A stretch of 64,000 nt of DNA from Candidatus Borrarchaeum weybense (GTDB lineage Archaea > Asgardarchaeota > Sifarchaeia > Borrarchaeales > Borrarchaeaceae): assembly GCA_019057385.1 (NCBI GenBank), contig JAHQJS010000004.1, positions 160,001 through 224,000 on the forward strand, given 5' to 3'. Each line of letters opens with the position of its first letter. Position 1 is the first letter of the stretch. Below the pieces are notes generated by a model. That model saw only the letters and a list, made by a program, of their open reading frames with translations. It had not been told where the DNA came from and searched no databases. Positions 8,292 to 16,919 of this stretch are shown here, piece by piece. The position numbers and the translations under genes are program-made.

Positions 8292-9830
8292 CTAAAAGAG
8301 GTCTTCCTCGCTTGTTCTCTTCCTCTTAAGACCTTTCGCCGCTCTTGCGCTTGGAGCCGCAGCCTTTTCAGCTATTTCAGCTTCTTCTTCATCAATCTCA
8401 GCAGCTTGATCCTCTAAGACATTTAACGCTTCTTCTTGGAATTGAATACCATCTTGTTTCGCAAGTGTTTCTTTAAGTTCCTTCAATCTTTCTTTAGCTT
8501 CTTCCGTTTTCCCTTCGTAATAACTCCCACCTGCTGCTTGCACCACATTTGTAGTAACAACTCTTGCATCATATGCTTTATTAAATTCAACTTCTTCTTC
8601 AACCACTGCTGAACGTGAAGTCAATACTCGCAATCTTTTGTTTCCTTCTGAATCAATATATGTGACCTGAGCTTGTATAGGAACTTCTTTTTTCTTGACC
8701 TCTTCTTCTGCTGTCTCTAGTTTCTCTAGTTCAAAGAAGACTTCTCTGTCTTCAGTAACAGCACCAACTTTCATAGGTGCAGGTGTAGTAAATGTTGTAT
8801 CTGTTACTACTCTTATGTTCACATCTCGACCTAGATATTCCCTCTTTCTTAATTGTTCAAATGCCTTTTGTACCTCAGCCATCGTAACGTAAAATATGTC
8901 TCCTCCAGTTTCGTCTGCTAATCTACCGAGTACGTCCAAAGCCAGTCTGCTTGAATCGTCTTCTGCCGCAATTCCCACAACTTCGCAGTTGACCTGTTTA
9001 TCAATACATTTTTTTGCCATCTCTTTGTAGAACTTCTTTCCAGTAGCTGAACTTTCTAAATTGCCTAATCCCTCATTAGCTAGACCATCAGTAAGCAAAA
9101 TCAATCTTCCACCACCATCAACCCGCCCTAGAAGAGTTATTCCTCCAAGGAGCGCTGGACCCAATGAAGTATAATTTAAGGGTCTAAGTTGAGAAATCGT
9201 ACTTATCCATTTCTCGGCAGTGTCAGATATGGGTGAAAAATCGAGTTTTGTTTTAGTAAACGCTTTTTCTATACCATTTATTGAATGCAGTACATCTCCT
9301 TCTAGTTCAAGTACTTTTTCACCATTTGCATTAAAGAGAAACACTTCTGTGCTAAAAGCTATTAAAGTAAAACGTGAATGTGGAGCATTCATCTTAAGAT
9401 CTTTTAGCGATTGAGTTAAAGAATGCTTAACCGCCTCTAGTTTTCCATCATCCATTGAGCCAGAGACATCTATAACGGCGACAATATATTCCTTTGTTCC
9501 AGTTCCGATTTTGGTTTCTACTGTGATATCATCTTCTGGTTTCTTTTCAATGATCCATTCAATATCATCACCAATATCTTCTGGTAATGTAACATCAGCG
9601 GCGATAATATTCAGGGTTCCGCAAAATTCGCAATTCCAACTGCGACCTAATTTGGTCGTCTCAATTAAACTGGCTTTAGTCAAGATACCTCCGCAACTTG
9701 TACAGACAACAGGAATCCCTTCTATAACCTTCTCTTTTTTCTTTAAACTATGAAAGTCAAGCGATGTTACGTAGGGTAGTTTTGTATCTTTGCCTTTCTT
9801 CAGAACATTGCCAAAGCTTTTTTTAAACAA
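8292..9830 (-). CDS. Sec23/Sec24-type zinc finger + von Willebrand factor A domain protein
   Basis: CTSCGG...WNCEFCGTLN Zn finger; vWA MIDAS DVSGSM, TSLGPAL, LILLTDGLANEG; acidic helical C-terminus. Start set at TTG 9830 after an SD (GAGGT); the ORF track extends to 9965. Confidence 0.82.
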   Translation of the reverse strand: MFKKSFGNVLKKGKDTKLPYVTSLDFHSLKKKEKVIEGIPVVCTSCGGILTKASLIETTKLGRSWNCEFCGTLNIIAADVTLPEDIGDDIEWIIEKKPEDDITVETKIGTGTKEYIVAVIDVSGSMDDGKLEAVKHSLTQSLKDLKMNAPHSRFTLIAFSTEVFLFNANGEKVLELEGDVLHSINGIEKAFTKTKLDFSPISDTAEKWISTISQLRPLNYTSLGPALLGGITLLGRVDGGGRLILLTDGLANEGLGNLESSATGKKFYKEMAKKCIDKQVNCEVVGIAAEDDSSRLALDVLGRLADETGGDIFYVTMAEVQKAFEQLRKREYLGRDVNIRVVTDTTFTTPAPMKVGAVTEDREVFFELEKLETAEEEVKKKEVPIQAQVTYIDSEGNKRLRVLTSRSAVVEEEVEFNKAYDARVVTTNVVQAAGGSYYEGKTEEAKERLKELKETLAKQDGIQFQEEALNVLEDQAAEIDEEEAEIAEKAAAPSARAAKGLKRKRTSEEDLF

Positions 9831-10107
9831 TCTGTTTACCTCTTTTTGTTTCCAGTATTTTAATCCTCGGTTAAACAAGTTGTTAAATGTTACGTAATTG
9901 AAGAGTGCCTCTAAAAAACATATTGAAGTCGCTCTTTTAGCTCGTTGATGATCTTTCTCTTTCACGTTCTATATCTTGCAAAAAACTCTTATGTAAACGT
10001 GCACGAAACATTCAAAAATCGAAATGTTAATTTCGAGATGATTAAGATCGATCATTCAGAGATTCGTTAAAAATACATAACTAAACAGACTCTGATAGTG
10101 TATCAAA

Positions 10108-11460
10108 ATGATAATGCTTCATTCTACTAACCTTAATGCTCCGCAGGTGGATTTCAAAGAGGCAATCCTCACAGGACAAGCCCCGGATAGAGGATTATAT
10201 ATGCTAAATGAAATTCCCAGGCTAGACGATGCAGAAATGTTCTCTTTCAGCGATTTAGAATTAACACAAATTGCTTATAAGGTCCTTTCAAGAATTATTG
10301 GAGATTTGATCCCGAAAGAGCAGCTGGAAAGCATTATAAACAGTGCCTTAAATTTTGAAATTCCCATACATTATGTTAGCAATCACGATTACATGATGTA
10401 TATAGACCAAGGACCGACATGTAGTTTCAAAGATGTTGGAGCTCGTATGCTCGCAAGATTAATGGAATACTTTCTTGAAGTTGAAAATAAGAATGTTATA
10501 ATAATCACAGCAACCAGTGGGGATACAGGAGGGGCGGTTGCTCAAGCTTTTTACGAAATGAACCGAATTCAGGTCGTTGTACTGTACCCAAAGAATGAAG
10601 TAAGTAACTTGCAAAGAAAACAAATGACTACTTTAGGAAAGAATGTTACTGCAATAGGAATCAATGGGAAGTTTGACGATTGTCAGAAATTTGCAAAAAA
10701 TGCATTTGCTGATAAGGATCTAGATCTTAATTTAACTTCAGCAAATTCAATTAATTTTGGACGACTTTTGCCACAAACTCTCTATTATTTTTTGGCCTAC
10801 TCACGTGTAGCAGAAGACTTAGGTGAAAAAGTAATTTTCTCTGTGCCTTCAGGAAATTTTGGAAATTTACTAGGAGGGTTAATTGCTTTTAGGATGGGAT
10901 TACCCGTTAAGAAATTTATTGCTGCCGTGAATGAAAATGACGAATTTCCTCGCTATGTAAACAGCGGAACCTATCAAAAGGTAGAGCCCTCAAAAAACTG
11001 TCTCTCTAGTGCAATGAATGTGGGCCATCCATCAAATCTTGCACGTCTCATTGAAATGTATGGAGGTCAGATTGACGAGATAGGAATAGTTCACAAAGAT
11101 CCAGATCTTGAGAAGATTCGTGATGATATTTATACGATCTCCATAACTGATGAACTAACTAAACAAACAATTAAAGGTTTTTATGAATCATATAGTAAGA
11201 TCATTGAACCCCATGGTGCTGTTGGCTGGGCGGGTCTTCAAGCATATAGAACAGATACTCCAAAAGATAAAAATGTCAAATCAATCTCAATAGAGACTGC
11301 AGATCCAGCTAAATTCCCAGAAGCAATTGTATCATTGATAAATATAACCCCAAAATTACCTCAATGCTTAGAAATAATTAATCAAAAGGAAGAGTTCCCC
11401 AATCCCGTAGAAATCAATACATATGAAGATTTCAAAAAATATCTGCAATCAAATTATTAA
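10108..11460 (+). CDS. thrC: Threonine synthase (bacterial/fungal long type)
   Basis: GQAPDRGLY, GPTCSFKDVGAR (PLP Lys), ATSGDTG, SANSINFGR, PSGNFGN. Confidence 0.93.
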   Translation: MIMLHSTNLNAPQVDFKEAILTGQAPDRGLYMLNEIPRLDDAEMFSFSDLELTQIAYKVLSRIIGDLIPKEQLESIINSALNFEIPIHYVSNHDYMMYIDQGPTCSFKDVGARMLARLMEYFLEVENKNVIIITATSGDTGGAVAQAFYEMNRIQVVVLYPKNEVSNLQRKQMTTLGKNVTAIGINGKFDDCQKFAKNAFADKDLDLNLTSANSINFGRLLPQTLYYFLAYSRVAEDLGEKVIFSVPSGNFGNLLGGLIAFRMGLPVKKFIAAVNENDEFPRYVNSGTYQKVEPSKNCLSSAMNVGHPSNLARLIEMYGGQIDEIGIVHKDPDLEKIRDDIYTISITDELTKQTIKGFYESYSKIIEPHGAVGWAGLQAYRTDTPKDKNVKSISIETADPAKFPEAIVSLINITPKLPQCLEIINQKEEFPNPVEINTYEDFKKYLQSNY

Positions 11461-11486
11461 AAAAATTAAAAGCCGAAACTTTCGGC
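11460..11486 (-). terminator. Hairpin + U-tract terminator between convergent genes
   Basis: GCCGAA/TTCGGC inverted repeat at 11472-11486, followed on the minus strand by TTTTAATTTTTT. Confidence 0.55.
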
Positions 11487-12155
11487 CTAGAAGATTTTTC
11501 TTACCAATTCTACGGTGTCATTATCCATGTCATATTTTACTAAGTTAGCACCCGCCAAATCATGGATTGAATGAAGTACGATTGCAGGCTGGAAACCTCC
11601 CGCTTTCACGATTTCTTGTCGTGATAGTTGAGGTTTGTCACCATGAAGCATGAAAAGAATTCTCACATGTGGCTTACCTTGGAAGACCTCTTCGAGCAAC
11701 ACAATATATACACTTAAAATTTCGCGAATGTTTATTGCGTCGTCCTGCTTGGCAGATAGTTCTTGATACATTCCAGAGAGCTTTTTTAGTTGATCTTGCA
11801 CCGCGAGATACTCTTCTTTCATTTTTGCATCTTCTGCTGCTGCTTTCTGTTTTTCATTCCGTAATTCTTCTAACTTAACGCTTACTGCGTTTAGTTCATC
11901 ATCTTTATTTTTAACTTCTTGTCTAGCAGACTCAACTTCCTGCTTAATTGACTCGATTTCTTGCTTTAATCGATTTTTCTCTTCTTCACTATTTCGAAAC
12001 TCTGTATCTTTTTGTGCTGCTATGTTGTTCATTTCGTCGATTTTTTGGGTAAGTTCCATTAATTTCGTCTTATTTTCTTCGTCAGCAATAGCTATAGATT
12101 TTTGTAAGGAATCCTTTAACTTCTCCAGAAGTTCTAATGATTCATTAAAACTCAT
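11487..12155 (-). CDS. Coiled-coil protein with C-terminal winged-helix-like domain
   Basis: About 140 aa of E/K/Q heptads, then KPHVRILFML...LSRQEI...IHDLAGANLVKYD wHTH-like pattern. Confidence 0.7.
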   Translation of the reverse strand: MSFNESLELLEKLKDSLQKSIAIADEENKTKLMELTQKIDEMNNIAAQKDTEFRNSEEEKNRLKQEIESIKQEVESARQEVKNKDDELNAVSVKLEELRNEKQKAAAEDAKMKEEYLAVQDQLKKLSGMYQELSAKQDDAINIREILSVYIVLLEEVFQGKPHVRILFMLHGDKPQLSRQEIVKAGGFQPAIVLHSIHDLAGANLVKYDMDNDTVELVRKIF

Positions 12156-12183
12156 AAGACATCCCTCTCAAACCCAAAGATGT

Positions 12184-12507
12184 TTATAGCACGAATATGA
12201 AAGATAGGCTGAACAGAAATATGCCAAAAATCCATGCGACAATCCAATATTTCAAAATAGTTCGTTGATCTTCTTCTGGCGACTCTATCGTTCGTAATCG
12301 TAATGCGAGCGTTACAATCATCAAGTATAGAAGTATCCAAATGGACAGAAACACATCGATAGTGATATTAGTCCCTACGAGTGCAAGTGCAAGTGCGATA
12401 TCTATTACTAGAAGCACACCAAGGGAAATAAAAGTCACGTCCATTATTTTTGCATATTTTGGTTGTGCCCCCCAATTTTTCCGTAACTTTCCGAAAGTGC
12501 TTGACAT
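12184..12507 (-). CDS. Small integral membrane protein (3 TM)
   Basis: Three hydrophobic segments. SD GAGGTG before the ATG. Confidence 0.7.
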   Translation of the reverse strand: MSSTFGKLRKNWGAQPKYAKIMDVTFISLGVLLVIDIALALALVGTNITIDVFLSIWILLYLMIVTLALRLRTIESPEEDQRTILKYWIVAWIFGIFLFSLSFIFVL

Positions 12508-12594
12508 ATTTCCACCTCTTTATAGCACATCTTCACAATTCTAATTTAAAAACCTTACAATTATTTATAAAACAGCAGAATAGTTGATATACTT

Positions 12595-14100
12595 CTACGT
12601 TTTATGATAATCATCAATTCTCCCGGCTTTCATGAAGGAGGAAGAACCAGCCTTAAGGTTATCGGGCTGTGCGCTCGTCACCGAGTTCAACACATACTTC
12701 ATTAATACTGCTTTTTTCAGTATTTCGGCAGTCTTGAAGGACGTTATCCCGCTGTGCTCAAAGAGGTCATGGATCATCGACCAGCTACGGTAAGGACTGC
12801 CCTTTTTCAAATGAGGCTCTATAAACTCCTCAACTTGTGAGAGCACCCAATTGTAGACGGCTAGAAATGCTTCCTTGAAACCCAGCCCTCTTCGAGCTAT
12901 TACATAACTTGCTAAGTGATGGGTTGACAAATTATGTAATCCTGAATAGGAGTATCTGCCGATGATAGAGGTATATCCCGGGAATACCTTTCGAAAGGAC
13001 ACACCGCGCTTTTTGCATTTTCGCTCTAACAGTTGCAGGGCGGTGGTCTTCATATTGCTTAATTTTCGGTTGCGTTTTGTATTATAGGAAAATTCTTGCT
13101 CGAATTGTAAGTCCTCGACCACGATTCCCTTGCCCTTATTGATGCAGTAATTGACGATTTTATCCATTTTGTAGGAAATATAATCATTACGTTTGTCGGT
13201 TCGATAGTTGTGCAGGTTGTTAAACGAGATGCTATGATAGGAGAGTAAATTACCGTGTGTATCCACATTGGTTAACGCCGCAAAATTATAGTTAAAATCC
13301 AAGCCGATGGCGCCATGTTCGTAGCCGTAACGTGGTGGCGGCTCTGGAATCTCATAGGACACATGGACAAAATAGCGAGTTTTCCCCTTGAAGAACTTTC
13401 TTTTGACGGTCACCGTGTATTTGTCAGCATTAAGAATCTGCTGAAACCATTTTTCCTGTACTAGGTTTACGGACATAGGAATGATCAGCCACTTGCGTCC
13501 CTTTTGCTTGGAAAAGGTGCGTATCTTGACGGTTTTATCGGGCAATACTTTGAGGTTCACGTTCTTCAATCCTTGTTGCTTCTTTCCGATGCAACTGAAG
13601 GATGAGTCCCGTCGTATCCTGAACTCTTCCCTACTTATGGTGTCGCGTATTCTCTGCCTGAATAATTTCTTGGTGCCGAATACTACGGGTTCGAGATGTA
13701 AATTGTGTAGTTTCGCCATGATCGAGGATCTGCGGGCGTATAAGCCCTTCAATCGTCTGTCATGTGTGTTTTGCTCCTTTATTTTGTTGATTTTTTTGGT
13801 AATGACTGTTAACTGCTGTGCCATGCGTTTGCGTTGTTTTTTTAGCCAGGTCTTTTGTGAATCCAGTTTCATCTTGTTATCAATCAGGATGGTGTTGACA
13901 TAGGGGTTGTTATGACATAGCCCCATCAAACATTGTTGGATGGTTTTGCCTTCACCGAAGCGTGTTGCCATGTAGTCTTCGCCATGAAACAACAGATTAT
14001 AGCCGATGCGTTTCATACGGTTATAGCTAGTGAAGATCTCATGGAGCTGATGTTCTTGTGCCTCATCGGGATATATTCTGAATTTGACGGTCTGTATCAT
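12595..14100 (-). mobile_element. tnpB: IS200/IS605-type TnpB-related RNA-guided nuclease gene, non-autonomous (no tnpA)
   Basis: N-terminal TVKFRIYPD...Q; RuvC-I GLDFN, RuvC-II VVEDL; C-terminal YTS...HHLASYVIARRG without a Zn finger. Visibly more GC-rich than the flanks. SD AAGGAG before ATG 14100. Confidence 0.85.
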
Positions 14101-14404
14101 AGTGATCGACTGCTCCTTTATCTTATAGTAGGCTTTATTAATAAACCCCGCACTTTTAGGAGTACCTCGCACTATATCGTGTCTCTGAGCATATCGGTCA
14201 CAGAAAATATTAGTTATAGCTGCTGCTACTCTATGTCGATGAATCCTTCTTAATGAGTATCGGCTTTACACTGCTTGATCTGCTGAAAAAATGGATTGTA
14301 ACCAATGGAGGAGGACTACAATGCCTGTAAAAAACGTATGGATCATAACGCGAACGTGCATTGACTTTTTAATAAAAATAGTTAATCTCAACTATATATT
14401 TAGT

Positions 14405-14436
14405 AAAAGAAGATATAAAAGGGGTGCATTCCCCTC
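14405..14436 (-). terminator. Hairpin + U-rich tract after the SECIS
   Basis: Minus strand GAGGGG-AATGCA-CCCCTTTT followed by ATATCTTCTTTT. Confidence 0.5.
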
Positions 14437-14437
14437 C

Positions 14438-14474
14438 GTCACTTTCCTCCAGAAGTTTATAAGGAAAGATCACC
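14438..14474 (-). promoter_or_regulatory. Eukaryote-type SECIS element candidate
   Basis: Minus strand GGUGAU-CUUUCCUU-AUAAACUUCUG-GAGGAAAG-UGAC: UGAN/NGAN quartet, 8-bp helix, AAA in the apical loop. Lies about 20 nt after the stop of a UGA-containing ORF. Confidence 0.65.
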
Positions 14475-14494
14475 CGTTTGAACTTATAATCAGA

Positions 14495-14878
14495 TTATAT
14501 CCTGCAACTACCATATCCGGCTCTCACGGGTCGGCTAACGTCAACAATATACAATTGTTTTAAGCCCCAATTACCACGTACATCGACTCGCACTTTGTTA
14601 GGAAGGTATGATTCCACTCTTGGTCCCATATAAAGATTCAGCCCGTTATTTTTTCCAATTACAGTAAATTGCTTGTGTTTTTTTAATTTCTCTTCGTCAA
14701 CCAGACTTGCCTCAGGCGAGATGAACGTTCCAGATCAGGAAGATGAGACATTGAGCCAAAGAACCAGTGCAACTTTTGTGTCATTAGATTGTTTTGTTTG
14801 TTTTGTTTGTTCTGAGAGCCATTGTGTTGCCTTATCAGTTAAAGAAACCTCTAATAGAGCCACCTCACTATGTTTCAT
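14495..14878 (-). CDS. HesB-like / CC-Se-motif family selenoprotein, 127 aa, Sec at codon 48 (absent from the ORF track)
   Basis: Manual translation: MKHSEVALLEVSLTDKATQWLSEQTKQTKQSNDTKVALVLWLNVSSS-U(TGA 14737-14735)-SGTFISPEASLVDEEKLKKHKQFTVIGKNNGLNLYMGPRVESYLPNKVRVDVRGNWGLKQLYIVDVSRPVRAGYGSCRI. Both halves fit one HesB-like fold pattern. Confidence 0.72.
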
Positions 14879-15013
14879 GTTTGTAATTGTCCATAATTAT
14901 GACATTGTTATATCAATGGTCTCTTCTTAGTGATTAAAAGGTGACGAATCTGGCAACATCAAGATCCATTTTCTTCAAGTATCTCTAATTAACTAGTTAA
15001 TGCCTCTTTTCTG

Positions 15014-15592
15014 CTACAATGGATATGTTTCACTCCATTCGAAATCTGTGTCAAATTGCGCTTGCGTGAGTTCCCCATCAATTTCGAAGACAGTACAATA
15101 AAAACGATTTCCGCCCTGAGAAGGTTTTTCATCTTCCCATCTATCAATTTTAAAGGAACTCATAAACAACGTGTCGTTAAGTTTAATACGAAGTATTATT
15201 TTGTAATCTCCACCAACAGAGAATGTATATTTGATGTTTAAAAATTCACCTTGTGTGCTTGTAAGTCTTACTGTTACAGGACCGCTTTGAAGAAGAAGTT
15301 GAGTTCTAAATTCATCGTTTTGATCGTTGTCTATGCTTAAATCGTAATCTCCAGAATAATCAGCATCGAAGTATTCAATGATCTTCTGAAAATGTATGTA
15401 TTCAAAGTTAAGTTCAGTTTCAGGGTACTTTCGAAAGTAGAAATAGGGTTGATTTCTTGAATAATAGAATACAAAAGTATCCATTTGATAGCTATTAGAA
15501 TCGGCAATTAGTCTATCATTGATTGCAAATGCTGGTACGCTTAAAGACAAGAGAAAAATCAACAAAAATAGAGAAAGTGCATTTTTTTTCAT
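15014..15592 (-). CDS. Secreted hypothetical protein
   Basis: Signal peptide MKKNALSLFLLIFLLSLSVPAFA; beta-rich mature region. Confidence 0.7.
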   Translation of the reverse strand: MKKNALSLFLLIFLLSLSVPAFAINDRLIADSNSYQMDTFVFYYSRNQPYFYFRKYPETELNFEYIHFQKIIEYFDADYSGDYDLSIDNDQNDEFRTQLLLQSGPVTVRLTSTQGEFLNIKYTFSVGGDYKIILRIKLNDTLFMSSFKIDRWEDEKPSQGGNRFYCTVFEIDGELTQAQFDTDFEWSETYPL

Positions 15593-15875
15593 ATATATTG
15601 CCCCCTACAGCATGTGGAACTTCTCTTTCTTATTTTCATCTGTTTTTTCTTGAGAGGTTTATGCTAAATATCTCTGTGCATATATTTATAGCTAACTAGC
15701 GGATACCTTTCAATACGTAGGGGGAAATTTATCAAATTTATTTCATTTTGATAGAAAAACAGAGTTACATAGCTTTGTTTTGATTTTTTCAAATAATTTC
15801 TTACGCGAATGTCTAAAAGTGTCGCACATTATCTCAGTCTACACTCTGAGACTCACAGTAAGTCAATTTTAAATA

Positions 15876-16070
15876 CTATCTTTGAAAAACAGTTTCTCGG
15901 CGTACAGATCCATTGCAATCAATTTTTAGGGATAACATATGGTCACCGTGATCTAATGATTTTGTAAACAGTCCTCCATTTTCTAAAGCGTGGTTTATGT
16001 CCTCTTGTGAGAAGGGGATCATTTCTAATCGTTTACATTTTTCACAATAGCTCATCGCAAATTTGTCCAT
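15876..16070 (-). CDS. Small putative Zn-binding protein (CxxC...HGDH...IDxNGxVRR)
   Basis: CEKC plus DHGDH motif. The pattern resembles small domains I associate with Asgard genomes (from recall). Confidence 0.6.
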   Translation of the reverse strand: MDKFAMSYCEKCKRLEMIPFSQEDINHALENGGLFTKSLDHGDHMLSLKIDCNGSVRRETVFQR

Positions 16071-16418
16071 CTTTAATCATCTTTATACCGTTGATCTAAT
16101 AGCAGTATCATTCCTGTGTCATTTTTTACAATAATTATTCATAAACCTAAGTAAAACGGCAAAAGCCGCATTCGAAACAATGTTGTTTCCTTGTAGTTAT
16201 TTCGTTAACAGATCTTCCAATCACGTATTTAGAAATCGTATTTAAAGTCAGCGAATTTTATCTGTTCATTTCATATTAGAAAAAACCACTTGTATCAGGT
16301 AATTATCCAACGAAAAGTTATCAGATGTCATGCTGATAATGAAAAAATTCATTTCTTTCAAGATACAATGTATTTAGGGAACTTGATGATTTTTACATAA
16401 TTTATTCTAAGCAGCTAT

Positions 16419-16913
16419 TTGGATTGGATGGATTCTATGAGCGGTTTTGTCGTTATAAATACTCTTCAATATGATAAAGAATTGGCCGAATTGCTTGAAG
16501 TCTTTATCAAATCCTTTAAAGACTATTTTCTAGAAAACGAATTACATCTTAAGGCACAGCAATTCGAACAGGCAATCCATCATGCAATTGAGTCATCAAA
16601 TGTATGCGAGATCTTTGTAGCCAAAAAAATGAATGATATTATCGGTTTTTCTTGTATTATTCAAACTAAACCTCAATTCTGGTATCTGGGGCCATTTGCC
16701 GTCCTTCCTGAATATAGACGACAAGGTATTGGGAAAATTCTGATAAATAAAGCAATAGACTTTGCACAACACAATAATGGTGGTACTATTTCAATTGTTA
16801 CCCGCTGGTATAATGAGGCAGCAATTCAATTTTACAAAAACCTAAACTTTTATATCGATTCGGAATACGTCCACAAGGGGCATAAAATCGTAAAAATGAT
16901 ACTAGAACTCTGA
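16419..16913 (+). CDS. GNAT family N-acetyltransferase
   Basis: AVLPEYRRQGIGKIL acetyl-CoA motif; NEAAIQFYKNLNF. Confidence 0.88.
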   Translation: MDWMDSMSGFVVINTLQYDKELAELLEVFIKSFKDYFLENELHLKAQQFEQAIHHAIESSNVCEIFVAKKMNDIIGFSCIIQTKPQFWYLGPFAVLPEYRRQGIGKILINKAIDFAQHNNGGTISIVTRWYNEAAIQFYKNLNFYIDSEYVHKGHKIVKMILEL

Positions 16914-16919
16914 AGAACG

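Noticed and set aside
13565-13577. 13-nt match to the CRISPR repeat 3' half (AACAAGGATTGAA, minus strand) inside tnpB
   Set aside because: It encodes QQGLK, lacks the 5' arm of the hairpin, and is short enough to arise by chance.
12574-14226. Degenerate inverted similarity (CAGCAG...ATAT) on either side of tnpB as terminal inverted repeats
   Set aside because: Needs a gap and several mismatches in AT-rich DNA, and IS200/IS605 elements do not use TIRs; ends cannot be defined without a second copy.
14790-14812. Short tandem repeat (GTTTTGTTT)n
   Set aside because: Encodes an in-frame QTK duplication in the selenoprotein; not an independent element.
14291-14930. Plus-strand ORFs 14291-14563 and 14673-14930
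   Set aside because: Antisense shadows of the minus-strand selenoprotein gene and its 3' UTR; no protein-like features.
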